Shown here: positions 39,292-52,489 of the stretch, piece after piece | Numbering within the stretch: position 1 is the stretch's first letter | Layout of the letters: the number at the start of each line of letters is the position of its first letter | NCBI GenBank assembly: GCA_013265495.1 | Contig: MU058669.1 | Coordinates: forward strand, 726,056 to 786,945 | DNA length: 60,890 nucleotides | DNA from: Vicugna vicugna | Lineage: Eukaryota | Direction of reading: 5' to 3' | Notes under the pieces: generated by a model | Database searches by the model: none | The model's input: the letters and a program-made list of their open reading frames with translations, nothing else | Told to the model about the DNA's origin: nothing | Position numbers and translations under genes: made by a program

Positions 39292-40734
39292 TCAGAAGCA
39301 CAGACATCAGTTACCGTGGGCTGTAGGAGGGGCTGAGGGCCAACCTGAGCCAGCAGAGCTGTCAAGCCCTGTTGCACCCTTCTCTGCTGTCAGCAGGCTG
39401 TGAGAATTCAAACATCAGTGGCTCCTGCCCATTTTTGTTCCTTATCATGGATAAGAATCTGTGGGGCTGCTGTGCTTCAGGGGTGACACCGCCCTGCAGG
39501 TACATCTGCACACCCACTCTCACATGTGCATGCACATCGAGACATGTGTCAGCAAAGACACAGAGAGGTCAGCCCCTACCCACAAATTCACAAACACGGA
39601 TCAACATCTGGTTAAAGACAGTTACATAGACACCAAATGTGTCTGCATGTATTTGCATATATACATATGTGAACGCAAATGCATGTGCACACATGTGGCC
39701 TACATTTGATCATGACCAGGAATGTTTTCAGACTGCATTCTCCCTCTTGCCTTCCTGGCGCACAGAGTCCGCCAAAATGATGGATCTGAAGGAAGGGAAG
39801 GGAGAACGTACTGGAAATAAATGACGAACAACAGCACTCCAGCCACCTTGGAGAATGTCACTGTCGAGTGCAGGCACCGTTCCCTTCCTTACCACAGAGA
39901 AACAGACTTCGGTTGAAATGAAAGACAAAGGAGAGCTTGTTCTGGATCAAAACGGCAAATAAGACGATCATACTGGAGGTGAGAAATTTGTCCTTGATCT
40001 AATTAGAGTCCTGTTCTCCTCTCTTAAGCCCAAAATAGTGAAGAGAAACCACTCTTCACTGTGGAAATGAAGTTCCACTGTGATTGTTTGGATGTGGCTA
40101 GGAGATTTCAAGTCTATGGCTTCCCAAAGATTTACCAACAACTTAGATGTTATATGGGTTGATTTTATGGGGTGGCCAGACATGGCCTCAAGTCATACTG
40201 AGTCAGAGAGTGTGATAAAGTTATTTTCATTCCATTTCTCCCCCATCTGGCTCAGTTTATTAAGGAATTATCATCCTGACGCTGCTGGATGATAAGCCTT
40301 AAGCCCTTGATAACATGTGCTCTGACAGCCTCAAGCTCAGAGGTGACAATGCTTAACTAGAACCTAACACTCAACAACCAGAGCAATCAATCCCCAGTCC
40401 AAACCACGAGTTTTACAGATAAAGAAACTCCAGGGTCCCAAATCGCACTGACCCAGGAGCAATCCCGTGCCTGCTGGCTTGCTTGACTGCTCTACTCTGT
40501 TTTTAAGACCCTGTCGGCCCTCCCTGCGTTATTCCCACGTTCCTGTGTGTTCCACTTTGTTTCGGTTCCTGGGAGTCTCCTTTTCACTCTAGATGGACAG
40601 TTTTCACCCCAAGAAATCCAGCAGATACTTGTTACTGCTTGCACTATGGACAGTACCATTCCTCGATGCTTCACGTAAACAGGGAAGTAAGGGGAGACTG
40701 GCTCAAAGAAATGAGGGCTGGAGAGCAGAACAAA

Positions 40735-40990
40735 GCTATGTCATCTGAAGAACAGCTGCAGGAAGAGGGCACATTTTACAGGAAGAAAAGACTTGGGGAG
40801 ATGTGTTCACTGAAGGATGGAGGTGAAGCATGTACCATGTGACCTGATTTGGGCATGTCTGGTAGAAGTGGCAGGAAACAAACACTAAGCAAATACGAGG
40901 AAGATATTTTTGATGGGCAGAGTAGGGCAACAATGGCTGTCCTGCAGGTGAGAGTGGAGTTTCCCCATTTCTGTAGATGTTTAAGTGATA
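40735..40990 (+). mobile_element. L3/CR1 LINE fragment
   Basis: 'tgaagaacagctgcaggaa...aagaaaagacttgggg...agtttccccatttctgtagatgtttaag' resembles the L3 ORF2 end. Confidence 0.5.
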
Positions 40991-43417
40991 AATCATTCAC
41001 GGAGATGTTCTACTTGGTGCCTGCTCTTGGTCCTTCAGGGTACTGAGTGCTGGGGACACCACAGTAAGATAGGGGAAGGGCCAAGTGTCACATGGGGCCA
41101 GAGGCTAACTGCTTCCTCTTCCCCTCCTCGCATCTCTGAGATACTGTGGTCTGAAATCATACATAAGGAGGCCAGGATGCTTGGCTTCCATTGGCCAGTC
41201 AAGCAGAATGAGATACACAGAGGCAAATCATTCTCCCAATGCCCCAGGACTAACGCACAGTTGTAGTCCAGATCACACCAGTCTCCTGAACACTAGCCCA
41301 GAGCTCTGTTCACTGTAGGAGGCAGCAGATACAAGTGTCCAGGCTGCTGGAAGATGCTGCTGCTTTCCCAATTCTGGGCAGTCACAGTGGCATCTGACCC
41401 GACTTCTTGCCTCCGTTCAACCCTTCTACCCTCCATCCTCCCACTCCTCTGCCTAATCAGTTCTCTGCAAGGCAGCCTGAATGAACTCTTTAAAAACATT
41501 GATTATATCATGTTTCTTTGTTGCTGAAAACCCATCAAAGCCCTCCTCTTACACTTGGAATAAAATCCAACTCCTTAGGTGGCCTTGTATGGTCCAGCCC
41601 CAGGCTTGCTCTCCAGGGCCCTCCCACAACATGCATTCTGGAACTGTGGTCCTGCTGGACTTTATTTGATCCTTCACACTCAGAAGGCTCTCACCCTTGT
41701 CACATGCTGCTCTTCCCTGTGATGAATGCATCAACCCTACTCATCCTTCATACCTCATCCTAGTCATCAGTTTTTCAGCAATCAAGCATATGACTCTCAG
41801 AGCCCCAGGCAGCTCACATTGCAGTTGACATGTGACGTCTGCCTGTGTGATTGTCAGTTTTCCTCTAGACCACAAGCTCTATGAGAGCAAAGGAACCCTT
41901 GTAGCTCTTTCGTGCAATGTTGAATCTCCAGTGTCCAGCACGCAGTTAGCCTTAGTAACAAGTGAACACACGAATCTCACCTCTTTTATAACCCAATGGC
42001 TCCACTCACAGTAGATTCTAGAGCCTGGGAATAACTTTCAGGGCCAAGAGAATTCAAACCTGCTTATAGGGATGTCTGGAGTCATGGCCTCAAAGCACAG
42101 GTTCAGGATAGCTACCTCCTTTTCCAACATTGCTGAACTGAGCGACCCAGCTAAGGGATCTCAACTTGGGGATCATCCAGTGAAGCTCAAAGGCCTCCCA
42201 GGCTCAAAGGCCTACGGCTCCTTCTTCTCTGTTCTTTAATATTTATCTGCTAGATACTGCGATCAGCTTACCTTCCACTATATTCCTCACTTCCCCACCT
42301 ACTTAATGAAGATATTGAAGAAAAATTGTGCTGTTCAATAGCCAGTGAGAGTCATCATGGAATAATTGGAGGGCTGGGGGAAGAGGCTCTTCAAAATGGG
42401 ACATGACTCCAACGTTTCACTGGTATCTGATCCACAATATGGAAGTTGAGTATGAGGCAACCCCCTTCAGCTCAGACCCGGCACAGGCAAAGGGGGGACC
42501 TCATCTGAAAACTCCGTATTGTCCCAGCTCCATCCCAGAGGCACGGAGCTGGAGTTTTTAAAAGCCGGGACTGAGAATTAGAGTCTTTGCTCTTTCACTG
42601 ACCAGCTTCGTAACCTTGGCAACTTGACTACTTGGCTGGACCTCAGTCTTACTCCTCTGTTTAATGGGTGAGACTAACCTGATTTCATGGGGAGAAGCCC
42701 ATACTTTCAGAACTAGGAAGACTCTTAGTCTATTCTTTTCCTTTAACTTAGACCAGCTGTTGGAATTACAATGGTAGAGGGGGCAGTACTTTGCAAAGTG
42801 TTGTTGAAACAGGAGACATTATTTTTATGATGATGATGATTCCACCAGGGAGCTGCAGGGCAAAGCAGCATTTTTCTTAATAGGGATGGAACAGCTGTAA
42901 TCTGAATCCCTTGGAGGTCTGCCTAGTCCTGAATGTTACTTGTCTCATAACTTGGCAAAGCTCTTCCTAAAACTTCCTAGGTGATTGAGGGAGTTCCTTA
43001 TGTGCCTCCAGAATTGGCCACAATTTGTGTGGCTGGTTGGACCTTTGTCTTACTTGAACTGGATTCATAGCCCTGTGACATGGATGGGAGAGGGGTGAAT
43101 ACTCCCATTTCACAGATGAAAGAACTGCAGTTAGGATAACTAGAGGGACTTGCCCAGGATCACACAATGAGGCAGGGGCAGAGCTGGGACTAGAAACCAG
43201 GACTTCATATATCTGGTCCAGCCCTCCAGCCACTGCAGAGCACTCCCTCCTTCACCAACTGATGATTCAGTAGATGGGCCTGGACTTCCTCCACTCATGA
43301 TTCTCGCCAGGATGTTGGCTCAGTCAACACTCGCTTCTTGTGATGCTTACTGGAACCTTTGGGATCTGCCCAAAGCAGTCTGACCACCAGCCTCTCCATA
43401 GAATTGTAAATCTGTTT

Positions 43418-43988
43418 GTATTGGTTTTTCGCTGCTGCGTAACAAATCACCACGAATGTCGTGGCTTCTAACAACACTCATTTATTATCTCATAGTTCTG
43501 CAGATCAGAAGTCTGCATGACGGTGTCTAGATTTCCCACTCAGGGCTTCACCAGGCTGAAATCAAGGTGTTGGCTGGGGCTGTGGTTCTCATGTGGAGCT
43601 CGAGGTCTTCTTTTGAGCTCACAGGTTGTTTGCAGAATTCGTCTCCAAGTGGATATGGGATGGAGGTCATCGTTTCCTTGCTGGCTGTCAGCCAGGGACT
43701 GGACTCAGCTCCTAGGAGCTGCCTGCATTCTTCATCCTGCACCACCTCCACCTTCAAGCAAGAGTGTAGCAAATCCCTCTTATTCTTTGAATTTTTCTGA
43801 CTTCCATTAGTGAGAGAAAACTCTCTGCTTTTTAAAGGGCTTATGGGATTGGGTCAGTCCCACCTGGATAATCTTAAAGTCAACTGGCTTAGGACTTTAA
43901 TTACATCTGTAAAATCTCTTTATAGGAGTACTTAGGTTAGTGTTTGAATAACCAAGAGACAGGAGTCTTTAAAATTGTTTCTACCATA
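43418..43988 (-). mobile_element. MaLR (MLT1-type) solo LTR
   Basis: 'tgtattggttttt..gctgctgcgtaacaaatcaccac...tttattatctcatagttctg...ggctgaaatcaaggtgttggc...ctaccata'. Confidence 0.8.
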
Positions 43989-45017
43989 CTGTTGATTGAT
44001 TGATTCATTTTGTAAGCATTGCTTACATGGCAGGCACTGTTGAGCACGGGGGAGATGACAGTGAATACAGCACAGCCCCTCCCTCCCAGGGAGAAGGGAA
44101 GGTAATGTAGCCCAGTGACGAAAGCATAGGCTTTGGGGTCAGATGCCCTGATTCTCTGTAAAGTACTTGGCACAGTGTCTGAAGCGTGGTAAGCACTTGG
44201 AAATGCCATCTTCACCATCTTACATAATATCATCAACAGTAATTACAGTGTCATCTTAACTATGTGACAAGGGAGAAAGCAGCACTAAGGGAACACAGAA
44301 GGACTTGCTGTCTACTCAGCTGGCAGAGGTCCGGGCAAGTTACCAGAGGAGGAGAAACTTGTGCTGGGTTTTGAAGTATGAGTAGGAGACTGCCAAGTGG
44401 AATAGGTGCAGGAGTGGGAGGAAGCACAGTAGGTTGAGGTAAAAAGGAGAAGGTGAGTGGGAGAGCGTGTCCCCTGTAAACCTCCTCACCTTTCCCAGCA
44501 GAGCACTGAGCAACTCATTCTGTATTCCCAACACACCATGATCATTCTGCACTTAGAATTTCAACCAGGTTGCTGTAATGATTTAGGATGTCACTTTGAT
44601 CATTACTTATGGTGTTTATTGATGAACATTGATGATGATGGGTTGAATTCAAACAGAGCCCACAGAAATTGGGAGAGACAGGCTGATCGAAAGGTGAAGA
44701 GGTCAAAGTGATAGGATTTGATGACCCACAGGGGCAGAAGCAGTGGGGAAGGAAATGAATTCTGACATGGTCTCCGGAGGTAGATCCTGGCTGCAAGCTG
44801 ACTCTTCTGGCAAATGATGCTTTTTCCTTTTGTTAGCAAGACACTGAGTGTATCGTTAAGTGCATAACTTGATGCTAATGGAAGGCAGTAAGAATCTGAC
44901 TGGAGCGTTCTCTAAGTTCTGACAGTTGGGCATTTCCTGTGCTGGTCGTGGGTTGGGATTCACCACAGAACTTCCTCTGTGTATTTCTAATCTCACAGCT
45001 TGATTTGTTTTTCTAGA

Positions 45018-45238
45018 CAAGGGATGGGCAAACCTTTTCTGTGAATGGCCAGGGAATAAATATTTCAGGCTTTGGCGGGGCTCGTAGTCTCTGTTGTTTT
45101 CGTCTCTGCTGGTGGAGCGTAAAAACAGCCACAGACGTATGTAAACACGTGCACGCGGCCTTGTTCCTGTGTAGCTTTCATTGCAAAAACAGACAGTGGG
45201 CTGGAGTTAGCATGCGGCCTGTTGTTTAATGACTCCTG
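45018..45238. mobile_element. MER58A-like hAT-Charlie MITE
   Basis: 'caagggatgggcaaaccttttctgt..ggccag..aaatatttcaggcttt...aaaacagccacagac...gactcctg'. Confidence 0.8.
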
Positions 45239-46779
45239 CCCTCAACCCTACAGAGAATCTGAGAGACCTTTGATCGAAGTTCATATGCAACTTAGCCTTT
45301 TTTTTTCATCATCTATCCAGGCATTAGTACCTCCACACGCACACTCAGATAAAATAGTGGAATGATTTATCTGTCAGTTCCTTTCTGTGCTGTCCTCAGG
45401 GGGAAGCTAGAAGGCATTGGTCAAGAGAATGGGCTCGGGAGTCAGACCAGACAGGGTCGAGTCCTGCCTTCTTATCTGTTGCTTGTATGACTTTAAGCAA
45501 ACCACAGCATCTCCTTCGTGCTTGTTTCTTTACAAACTGAAGTATTAGTGCTCATCTGAAAGGTATTCTTAAGAATTACAAAGGAAACAAATGAAGCAGG
45601 AAGCACAGTGCCTGGCAGAGGGAGTGTTTCAGGATGGAGGTGTGCAGATGGAGGGAGGAGCAGTGACCTGGCTGCAGGTGGGGGAGCAGGTGCCGTGACT
45701 GGGGGCCTTCGGGAAAGCAGATGCCTGGGGCCAGAGTGGGGAGTACAGAGTTATTAAACAGCAATCAGCTTTTGATCTCCAACCTCCTCTCCAGGACGTC
45801 TCTGACAAGGAGTTAGGTATGGACGTTCTTTATTTCCAAAGTGTGTCCTGTCCTCCCCAAGAGGAAGGAGACAAAGGGACACCTCCTGGGTGCCTTCATT
45901 CAGCTGAGCTCAAGAGGTCACTGAGCTCAACCTACTTCCCTTGGTCATCTGCTTCAAATGGCTATTTTTTAAAAAGTAATGGAAACAGGGGTGTGAAGGT
46001 AGAGGTTCAGATGACCCACCTCTAAGTTACTGGGAGGAAAAAGGGTCCATCTTAACTAATTACTTGGCTGTGCAGTGTTCAAAGAGAGGCTTTCTTGGTA
46101 TCAGGCATCGAGGCTCTGGCCAAATGCAACAATTCCACTGATGAGGTCACTTCATCCAAGATGCTGTGTCTGGCTGGCAAATCATCCCATTTTCACCAGC
46201 TGCAAATCTCTCAGTGCTTCCCTGGCAGAGTAAGAGTGATTCGTGTTAATTGCCCAGCTGCTGGTCACTGTGTTCCAGCACTGCAGGAGGGGCGGGCCTG
46301 GACTCCCGGAGTGAGTCCCAGGGGTGGGGGACTGGGGGTTGGACAGCAGGCGCCAAGGAAAGCCTGGTACTCTGCAAGCCAGTGTACTGTTCTAGAACTT
46401 GCAGAGCAATGTTTCAAAGCAGGATGGTCTTACGTTCCTGTTACTTCCCATTTAGGTTAGCTATGGGAGCATAGCGTGGGCACAGTTTGCAAAATATGAG
46501 TGTAGATTAATTGATTTAAAAAATAATTTTATATTACAGAGTGCTTTGGTTCACTCTGTAAACCTTGGTCTCCACCTCTGAAAATGAAGATACTGAATTC
46601 CAGCTCATGATTTGTGAGAATTCAAAGAACAAGTCATGTTTCACACTTAGCACAGACACAACGGGACTCGAAAGATGTCACCTGTGATGATGATGGTGAT
46701 GGTGATTTCTTCTGGAAACACTCCTCTTAGGTTCTAGGCTCCACACTTTCCTCAGTCTTCTCTACTTATCAAAGTCTAA

Positions 46780-46960
46780 TGTGATTTTTATATAATCACA
46801 TATTTATTTGTTTATTCATGAGTATCTGTCTTCCTCCACTAAACTGTAAGTTCAGAGAAGGCAGGCATCTTTGTCACTTATGTCTATATCCATGGCACCT
46901 ACCAGAGTGCCTGGCACATAGTAGGTGCTCATTGAACATGTCCTGAATAAATGAATAATT
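46780..46960 (+). mobile_element. L2 3' end
   Basis: 'cactaaactgtaagttc...agtgcctggcacatagtaggtgctc...gaataaatgaat'. Confidence 0.75.
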
Positions 46961-49922
46961 ACACAATGTTGACTAAGCAGGGGCTACATAGTGAATCTGA
47001 AGAGAAATACCTAAGAAGTTTCTTGTCAAGAAAATCAGTTTAGTAGAAGGAATGTGACCCCCACACAAGCATCTCTGATGCTAGGGCTGGGATGGACAGC
47101 AGGGGGAGTTAACGATTAAGTGCTATGGAATTGCAGAAGAGAGAAGAGCCACATCCAACTGGGAAAGATCTAGAAAGGTGACGTGGAAGAGGAAGCTTTT
47201 ACCTGGGATGTGCAGGGCAGGCAGGCTTTGAGCATTCTGAAATAGAAAGCTATTTCCTGGAGCAGGAACAGCTTGTGCTATGGTGTGGAGATGGGACAAG
47301 AATGTGAAAAAGCAAGAATTTTTCACTTTACCCAAAACGTATTAGCCACCTAGCCACCACCGTTCTCCGAGTACCTACTTTGAACTGAGTACTGCCTAAA
47401 ATATTTGACATCCATTCTTCTGATCCCCGTCACTCTCTCTAGACCAGGTAGGAATAACCCCCAACCCCGACCTTGTGACACATGGTGAAACTGAGGTCCA
47501 GAGATGAAATAATTAAGGTCACAAAGCAAGTGATGGAGGCAAATTCTTGTGGTACGGTTTCATTGTGCTGAAACTGGGTCCAGCTTGAACCAGGACTACC
47601 ACCTCTCTCAAGGGTGACCTCTCTGAAGGTTGACCTTCTCAGGTCCCAAGCACCACTTACCCAGTTAGTTCCTGGGCACAAAGGAGTATGTAGCACTGTA
47701 CTGGTGTTAAAGATGGGACTTCTTCCACATATATTTCTTTGGGTAAATTCTTAGAAGAAGCCATTCTTTTTTTATAGCTAGCTGCCTGCTGGCCAGCCCA
47801 TAATACCAAAACATATGTTTTCCCTGGATCTGGAGCCCTCCCGAGAGCTCCTACTCTTTGCTGATCCAGTAGCTGGTTTCAGAAGGGAGACAGGTTCTGG
47901 GGCCTGGGTCCCTGCCTCATTGGGTCAATGAGGGCCTGAATTGTCTTCTGTGGCCAAACATAGCTGGCATTTGAAGTCCTTAGAGTGGGCAGCAGATTTA
48001 AATGTGAGATGTTGTAGGTGTTTAAAAATAGACCCCGATCCATTAGCACATAGGAGTGAAAAGCACCACAATGCATGCTTCTGCTTTGGTTAATGCTTGG
48101 TTTGCTCCAGCACAAGGCACATATCACAAGGAAGGGTTTTACTTAAAAGAACCAGTTGAAAATCCTCCATTCGTCAGATATTTTTCAGCCTCCCCAGTTC
48201 CCTGTGCTCTCAGACCCTCCCTCCCACATATCCCTGAGAAAGCTAGCAGGGCAGCCCCAGAGGTAGGGAATAGCCTTCCTTCCTTTCCTGACCCCAAACC
48301 CTCCCAATCATTTTATCAAAAGGACCCTCAGCTGTTTCTGAGACAGTGAAGACAGTTCTGAAGTAGGAGTTCAGAAGATGTACGGACCTCCTGTGTTAAC
48401 TGTGTAATTTGAGGCATGTTACTTCACATCTCTGAACCTCGGTTTCATCTGTCTATGAAATGGGGACACTAACAGGAACAACCTAAAAGCGTTGTTGTGA
48501 GGATGAGCTGTAGCGTGCTTCGCCGGCCGCCTGGACCAGAGGAGATGCCTGGGAGAAGCAGATGCCACTATTCTGAAATGCAAGATGTCATGGCAAGAAG
48601 TTGTCAGTTGCTGTTAAGTGGAAAAAGCAGGTTACAAAACAGACTAAGCTGTATGGCCACATCTGAAAACTCATCTTTGGCAGAGATAAGTGTTTGTATG
48701 TATGTAAACTAAGCTACAACAAGAGTCATCTAGGGGCTGGAGTATGGGATTTTTTTCTACCTTCTTCTATTTTCTGATTTGCTAAATGAATACCTTTAAT
48801 ATTTATAACATGTAGAAAATCTAGAACATAGTGGTTAAAATTATGGACTATGGGATCATCTAACCTGGGTTCAAATCCCAACGTCTTCTCTTACTGTGTG
48901 ACCTTGTGACAGTGGCTTAGCCTCTCTGAGTTTCAGCTCCCTCTGTAAAATGGAGACAATAGCACTACCTCCTTATGTTAGCCATCGAAGATTGTTGTCC
49001 TTTCATCACTAATTTGGTGGGTGGCAAAAGATCAGGAAGAGGGAAGAAAGGCACTGATGTAGGCAGGGAGGTGAGTGAAAGTCTCTCTGGGCAGGTAATA
49101 ATTAAGCTGAGAGCTAAGGTTGAGAATGATGTAGATGTGTGAAGAATCTGGAGGAAGAACATTCTAAACAGAGGAGACAGAGCAGAGTTCTGAAGGCAGG
49201 AAAAGGCATCATGTCTTCAAGGTAATTGGCAGCATAGGATGAGTTTGGAGAGTAAGGAAAGGACTAGATCAAGCAAAGCATCTGAAGCCAGGGCTTGGAT
49301 TCTGTATTTAATTATTAAAAGTCCAGCTACTAGCGTCACCTCCTCCAAGAAGCCTGCCTGGGTGCTGCTCCATCTCCTCACTTCCTATTTCTTTGAAGTC
49401 TTCTGCTTTTCCCGTCAGTACCACTCCTTGTTCTGCTCTTTTGCACTGTTAGCGCTACACTAAATAATTAAATCATTAGGGGATTTTTAGGTGTCTTCAT
49501 AATTCCCTAGAACCCAATACACTCTCAATATTTGTGGAGTGAATGTGAAACTCCACACATAGGCATTTGTAGTGCTTTCCTCTGAGCTATCTGTAGAAGA
49601 AAATTTCTTGAGCTTATAATAGCAAAATCATGATTGTGTGAGGAGTCATTTATTCTATGAGTTCATAAACTGATTTCAAAAACTTTAGGAGCACCAAATT
49701 TTGAGAAACTGGTATCTCAGATGTATCCAGAATTCTTACATAACCATACAATCATGTTTCCTCTAAATCACTGCTCTGCAGAATGGTTGTCAGAGAGCAA
49801 ATGATTGCATAAAGTTAAAATAATAAAACCGAGTTTCTTTTAAAATGCTGTAAAAGACTGCTCACAAATTTAGACAGAACTGTGAAGTAATATATGGGTA
49901 TTGTTTTAAACTAAGTTCGTGG

Positions 49923-50418
49923 GATGAGCAAAGAATGCTGCCTGCCTATCAGTTCAAAAAGCTACCAACCACTGCAGCCACCCCTATGGTGAGCCCTGAG
50001 GGAACTCAGTATGGAAACAGGAAACACCCCCATCAAGGAATCAGCTGACAGCCACTCCCAACAGGGCATCCAGAGGAGGCTCAGGATGGAAGCACAGGAC
50101 ACTGGCCCTAGATAGCTAATGTGCATATCAGAGGAACGATTCAGTGAGCCCACACTCTTGCATCTTCCCATCCATAGAAAAGTGCTAAATTCCTTAACTG
50201 AGATGTCTGGTTTTCTTTAATTAACAGTGATCTTTTTGATGTCCTGACTACCTGGTCTTTGTTGCAAAACTCCCTGTATATCCTGGCTCCTCCTTTACCT
50301 CTTCGGAGCAGTCTTTTAGACCTATCTGAGGCTGTCTCCCAGGCTTAAGTCCTCAGAAAGTCCACCGAATAAAACATAACTCTAAACTTTTAGATTGTGC
50401 AAATTTTTTCAGTCGACA
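49923..50418 (+). mobile_element. ERV1-class solo LTR inserted into an MLT1 LTR end
   Basis: Ends aataaaacataactc...agtcgaca; 4-bp TSD gtgg at 49919-49922 and 50419-50422. Removing it rejoins the MLT1 terminus 'ctaagttc-gtgg-taatttgttac..caatagaaaact'. Confidence 0.75.
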
Positions 50419-50719
50419 GTGGTAATTTGTTACATACCAATAGAAAACTGAAGTATGACTGGAAATCACTATACAGTGTTCCTTTAAACCGTGTCTTGGG
50501 TAAACCATTTAAGGATGGCTACAATAGATGCTGGTCCCATTGTTCCATTTTAGCCTGGTCCTCTACTTTTCCCCTTTACGTTCTCTGAATGAAGTTGGTT
50601 GTTAAGTGTAAAGGCTCTACTGTCAGGCTGCTTGGGATCAAAAGCCATTCTGCCAAGAACTGGGTGGTGACAAGTTACCTAACCACACTAAGACTCAGTC
50701 TCTCACCTACAAAGTGGGA

Positions 50720-51262
50720 TGTGGTAGGCAGAAAATCAGCCCCCTAAAGATCCATGCCCCAATCTCTAGACCCTGTGAATGTGTCCCATTATATTGGAAA
50801 AGAGATTTTTTCCGATAGAATTAAGTACCTTAAAGCAGGATGACTATCCAGGTAGCCTCAGTGTAATCACATTGGCTCTAAAAGGGGAAGATAGATGGTC
50901 AAAGAGCTGGGACAGAAGAAGAGCTAGGAGAGATGTAAAGGGACTCGATTCTCCATTTCTGGCTTTGAAGGTAGGGAATGAGGGCCATGAGGCAGCTGGG
51001 AAGAGCCCTTGGCTGAAAGCCAGCGAGGAAACATGAACCCAAGTCCTACAACCACAGGAGTTTAAAATTGCCAGCAACCTCAGTGAGCAAGGAAATGGAC
51101 TTTGCCTTTGAGCTCCTGGAAAGGAACATAGCCCAGCTGCCAACTTTATTTTAGCCCAGTGAGACTCATGCTGGACTTTGGATCTATAGAAGTATAAGAT
51201 AACAAATTTGTGTGATTTTAAGCTGCTAAGTTTCATTATGGCTGCAATAGATAACCAATATG
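50720..51262 (+). mobile_element. MLT1D-like MaLR solo LTR inside a MIR
   Basis: 'tgtggtaggcagaa...gtaatcaca...caaccacaggag...agataacaaatttgtgtg..ttttaagc...gcaatagataaccaata'. Confidence 0.8.
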
Positions 51263-51347
51263 GGGATACTATGTGAAAAATAAATACATGTCCATCATAC
51301 AGGACAGAGATGGGCATATAGTATATACCTAATCCATGCTATTTCTT

Positions 51348-51407
51348 TTTTGACTTTTTAAAAAATTAAAGTATAGTCAGTTACAATGTGTTAATTTGTG
51401 GTGTACA
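51348..51407 (-). mobile_element. Extremely truncated L1 3' tip with 13-bp TSD
   Basis: T tract plus 'aagtatagtcagttacaatgtgt'; TSD catgctatttctt (51335-51347) / cgtgctatttctt (51408-51420). Confidence 0.7.
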
Positions 51408-51785
51408 CGTGCTATTTCTTCTCACTACTATTTTTATCAGTCATTCACTGCTTGGCCACACTCATCTTCCCTGTCCATCCTGAGTGCTGTCATTTGTGAT
51501 ACCTCTTCCTGTTCTTGCTTCTCCATGTGTGTCCCTAGATACACTTTCCATCTTCATAATCCATCCCAGATGACATCTTCTCTAAGAAGATCTCCCCAAC
51601 CCCTTCAGTCAGCCACAATCTCTTCCAATGCAGCACTTTTTTCTTCTTTTTTTGCCCCTTTGCTAGCTGTTACATTTACTTAAAACCCAGGTTATATGAA
51701 GGGTTTTCTCTTGTTATTAAATTCTTTATGCTGTGATAGCAAAAGATCCCTAAATTTTTGCTTTAAACAACCAGGTATATTTCTT

Positions 51786-52489
51786 TCTTTCTTTCTTTCT
51801 TTCAAAAAAATTATTTTACTATGGCAAGAACACTCAGTATGAGATCTACCCTCCTAATAGATTTTTAAATGTACAGTGCAGTAAACTATGGATACAATGC
51901 TGTACAGTTGATCTCTAGAAATTACTCGTCTTGCTTAACTGAAACATTATGCCCATGATTAGCAATTCCCCATTTTCCCCTCCCTCCCAGTCCCTGGAAA
52001 CTACTATCCCACTCTTTGGGTCTATGTATTTGATTACATTAGACTTCTCATATAATTGGAATTATGCAACTTTTGTCCTCCAGTGGCTGGCTTATTTCAC
52101 TTAGCATGATATTTTCAAGGTTCATCCATGTTATTGCAGATGGCAGAATTTCCTTTTTTAAGGCCAAATAACATTCCGTTATATGTATATACTACATTTT
52201 CTGTATTTATTCATCCATTGGTGGATATTTAGATTGTTCCATTTCTTGGCTATTATGAATACTGCTGCAGTAAACATGGAAGTGCTAATATCTCTTCTAG
52301 ATCTTGATTTCAGTTCTTTTGGATAAATACTCCATGGTAGGACTGCTGGATCACATGGTAGTTCTATTTTTAATTTTTTGAGGAACCTCCGTACTATTTT
52401 CCATGGTGGCTGCACCATTTTCCATTCTCACCAACAGTGTACAAGAGTTTCAATTTCTCCGTATCCTTGGCAATACTTTTCGTCTTTTA
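51786..52489 (-). mobile_element. L1MA-type 3' fragment (ORF2 C-terminus and 3' UTR) nested in an old MLT1 LTR
   Basis: Minus-strand peptide [25 protein letters not shown] resembles the L1 ORF2 C-terminus. Degenerate TSD aggtatatttctt/aggtatgcttctt. MLT1-like sequence on both sides (about 51690-51785 and 52490-52780). Confidence 0.85.
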